Part shown: positions 58,460 to 64,000 of the stretch, piece after piece | Numbering within the stretch: position 1 is the stretch's first letter | Layout of the letters: each line of letters begins with the position of its first letter | Origin: a phage | DNA: 64,000 nucleotides | Direction: 5' to 3' (one strand) | Assembly: GCA_019326865.1 (NCBI GenBank) | Contig: GCA_019326865.1_4101.1 | Position numbers and translations under genes: made by a program | Notes under the pieces: model-generated | Seen by the model: only the letters and a program-made list of their open reading frames with translations | The model's database searches: none | What the model was told of the DNA's origin: nothing

Positions 58460-59803
58460 ATGATGAGTAAAATTAAGCTTACGGATAAGCAACAAGAAAT
58501 CTTTGATGATTTTATAGATCGTGTTTACAACTATGCAGGTAAGACAATTTCAGTTTTATCTGCACCAGCAGGAACTGGAAAAACATTCACTACCGCTGAG
58601 ATTGTAAAAGCATTATGTAAAAACTATAATATTGCAGTAACTTCACCTACACATAAAGCCAATGCGGTTATTCGCAATATGCTAATTAACAATGCTGGTC
58701 TTACTAAGGAAGACGCACAAGTTAGTACTATACATTCTTTTTTAGGATTGAAATTAGTATATGAAAAGAATCGTCAAGTACTAAAACATGACCCACAGAG
58801 TAAAGTCAGCAACACGAACGTTGATATTCTTATTGTTGATGAGTGTAGTATGATTTCAGATGAACTATTTCAGCATATACAGGACCAATTGTGGCGTGTC
58901 CGTCGAGCAGTTTTATTCATTGGTGATCGTTGTCAGTTACCACCAGTTGAGTCGGAAGGTACGATGGGGGAGACTAAATTGTCCCCTACATTTGATGTGC
59001 CTGTTCAGTATGAATTAACTGAGGTTTTACGCCAAGCATTGGATAATCCTATTCTGGCAATTGCAACTGCAATTCGTGAGTGTATTGGGACTAGTAAAAA
59101 TCCATTTGATATTATGCACCAAACCCATGGGTTGAGCACTATTACACCTATAGATGATGAAGATTTATTTCTAAATGTTTATCGTGAATTTATAATGGAA
59201 AATAAGGGGTCATCTAAAAAAATATTTGATTTTGTAAATGAAAATAAAATTCTAGCATACACAAATTATAGAGTTAATTTGGCTAATATTTACATTAGAA
59301 GTCAATTATTTGAAGTTCCAGATGAATTTACTAAAGGTGAACCAATTGTTTTTGAAAGTATAACTGAGAATAGCCCTTATGTAGTACAACAAATAATTCA
59401 ATGTCCTGAAGTAAAACGTGAAAGTTTTATGGGTATTGATTGTTGGCAATTCCGTTTACCAAATGGTAGTTATATTTTGGGTGTAGGACCAGAGACAAGA
59501 ATTGCGATGGACGAAAAACTTGATAAACTTGTTAAGGATATTGAGAAAAAAGAAATAAACCCATTGACAAAGAAACCATATATGTGGCAGGATTATTATG
59601 TTATAAAGAATAAATTACATATCATTAATTATCCGTATGCAACAACTGTTCATAAATCGCAAGGAAGTACTTTTGACAACATTTGGTTTGACACTGATTT
59701 TATTGAACGCATAGGAACTAATGATACGAAGTGTAGAATTTTATACACAGCAATGACCCGTCCTAGATATAGTGTTATTCTGAGACAGAACGCCCGATTC
59801 TAA
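58460..59803 (+). CDS. dda: Dda-like SF1B DNA helicase
   Basis: Walker A APAGTGKT; motif II ILIVDECSMI; C-terminal TVHKSQGSTF. Confidence 0.75.
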   Translation: MMSKIKLTDKQQEIFDDFIDRVYNYAGKTISVLSAPAGTGKTFTTAEIVKALCKNYNIAVTSPTHKANAVIRNMLINNAGLTKEDAQVSTIHSFLGLKLVYEKNRQVLKHDPQSKVSNTNVDILIVDECSMISDELFQHIQDQLWRVRRAVLFIGDRCQLPPVESEGTMGETKLSPTFDVPVQYELTEVLRQALDNPILAIATAIRECIGTSKNPFDIMHQTHGLSTITPIDDEDLFLNVYREFIMENKGSSKKIFDFVNENKILAYTNYRVNLANIYIRSQLFEVPDEFTKGEPIVFESITENSPYVVQQIIQCPEVKRESFMGIDCWQFRLPNGSYILGVGPETRIAMDEKLDKLVKDIEKKEINPLTKKPYMWQDYYVIKNKLHIINYPYATTVHKSQGSTFDNIWFDTDFIERIGTNDTKCRILYTAMTRPRYSVILRQNARF

Positions 59804-59886
59804 CATACTAAATAATATACTTAAATATTTTTGATTTTTAATCATAAATAATCAAAAGTGTTTTGTATTATGGAGAAGAATATACA

Positions 59887-60453
59887 ATGAACAATTTACT
59901 ACATGTATTTAAAATTGAAGTTGCAGGAACGAATCTAGATAATATCCCATATTATATGTATGGTGATTATGATTCATCTTCTACAACTACTGCCCCAACC
60001 GATAAGCAAACTACTGATAAATCAGTTGCACTTTTGCGTTATCTACAACTTTCACGTTTGTTATCAACATATTCAGTACCAGTTTATAGTAATGTTGAGT
60101 TTTCTACACCAGGAACTGCCAAAACTATCCCATCTGGTGCAACTATTACCGTTGGGTATATTAGTTATCAGCCGTTTCTAAGTACTTTGAGTGATGTAGA
60201 ACTAGCTAAATTAACAACTGAAGATATGAAAACCGCGAAAGCTGCTGAAATTATTCAAAATCTAATTAATGATTCATTGAAAGGTAACGGAACTACAGCT
60301 ATTGTTAATGAAGAAGTCACTGTACAGAAAACCATCAAACGAAACAAAAATGCACTAAGTACGGATGAAGTTGCATTCATTGAATATGAGAATGTGTTCC
60401 TTGATGTCCCCTCAGTTGAGGATGCATCCGTAGTATCTTACGTTAAATTATAA
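59887..60453 (+). CDS. hypothetical protein
   Basis: RBS ggaga 10 nt before ATG 59887. Confidence 0.4.
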   Translation: MNNLLHVFKIEVAGTNLDNIPYYMYGDYDSSSTTTAPTDKQTTDKSVALLRYLQLSRLLSTYSVPVYSNVEFSTPGTAKTIPSGATITVGYISYQPFLSTLSDVELAKLTTEDMKTAKAAEIIQNLINDSLKGNGTTAIVNEEVTVQKTIKRNKNALSTDEVAFIEYENVFLDVPSVEDASVVSYVKL

Positions 60454-60476
60454 TTTTATAATATGGAGTTCTTGAC

Positions 60477-60671
60477 ATGGCAGACAAAACATTTTATGAT
60501 CGTATTATTGAAGACAAGGGAGTTTTTGATAAGGTGGTTTATGACTTAGAACTTATGATCAAAGACGCACCAAATCCACGAGTACGAACACAAGCAGAAT
60601 TTGCAAAAACTTATCTTGTTCAAGTTCAAGCAATCTGTGAAGCAATTAAAAAACACAATGATAGAACTTGA
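60477..60671 (+). CDS. hypothetical small protein
   Basis: RBS ggag upstream; 64 aa. Confidence 0.4.
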   Translation: MADKTFYDRIIEDKGVFDKVVYDLELMIKDAPNPRVRTQAEFAKTYLVQVQAICEAIKKHNDRT

Positions 60672-60696
60672 CAGAACCAACGTTCTATCCTATAAT
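60668..60696 (+). promoter_or_regulatory. consensus sigma70 promoter TTGACA-N17-TATAAT
   Basis: ttgaca at 60668-60673, tataat at 60691-60696, exactly 17-bp spacer; upstream of the IF3-like gene. Confidence 0.7.
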
Positions 60697-60740
60697 TACT
60701 ATTGAACAAAACATTAAAATCATATTGGAGCTTTTATTAC

Positions 60741-61803
<1,063 letters not shown>

Positions 61804-61818
61804 AATATAGATTAAAAA

Positions 61819-63981
<2,163 letters not shown>

Positions 63982-64000
63982 TGCCAAGTAAAAGTAAAAA

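Overview
This window reads as a contiguous stretch of an AT-rich T4-superfamily myovirus genome, with almost every gene on the + strand and short intergenic gaps. All calls rest on motif recognition by eye against remembered T4 and E. coli proteins; no search or computation was run. Recognisable T4-core genes are the head module (portal gp20, prohead protease gp21, scaffold gp22, a compact major capsid protein gp23), terminase large subunit gp17, and a replication/recombination set (family-B DNA polymerase gp43, clamp gp45-like, gp32 SSB, UvsX, UvsW, primase gp61, helicase gp41, Dda, RNase H, a DEDD exonuclease), plus NrdA, NrdB and DHFR. Gene order and strand layout differ from T4, and no clamp loader is seen here. 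The most interesting signals are: (1) three paralogous ~550-aa multi-domain putative nucleases inserted between core genes; (2) an Ala1 intein with LAGLIDADG motifs splitting the terminase Walker A motif; (3) an adjacent IF3 / ClpS-like / KTSC module behind a consensus sigma70 promoter; (4) a minus-strand island of membrane-anchored paralogs, one frameshifted; (5) a tandem-repeat protein between nrdA and nrdB. A recurrent promoter family (TGGGAC/TGAGAC-N17-TGnTATAAT) and TATAAATA/TAAATAAT late-promoter-like elements are visible. No tRNA, rRNA, CRISPR array or group I intron was recognised.
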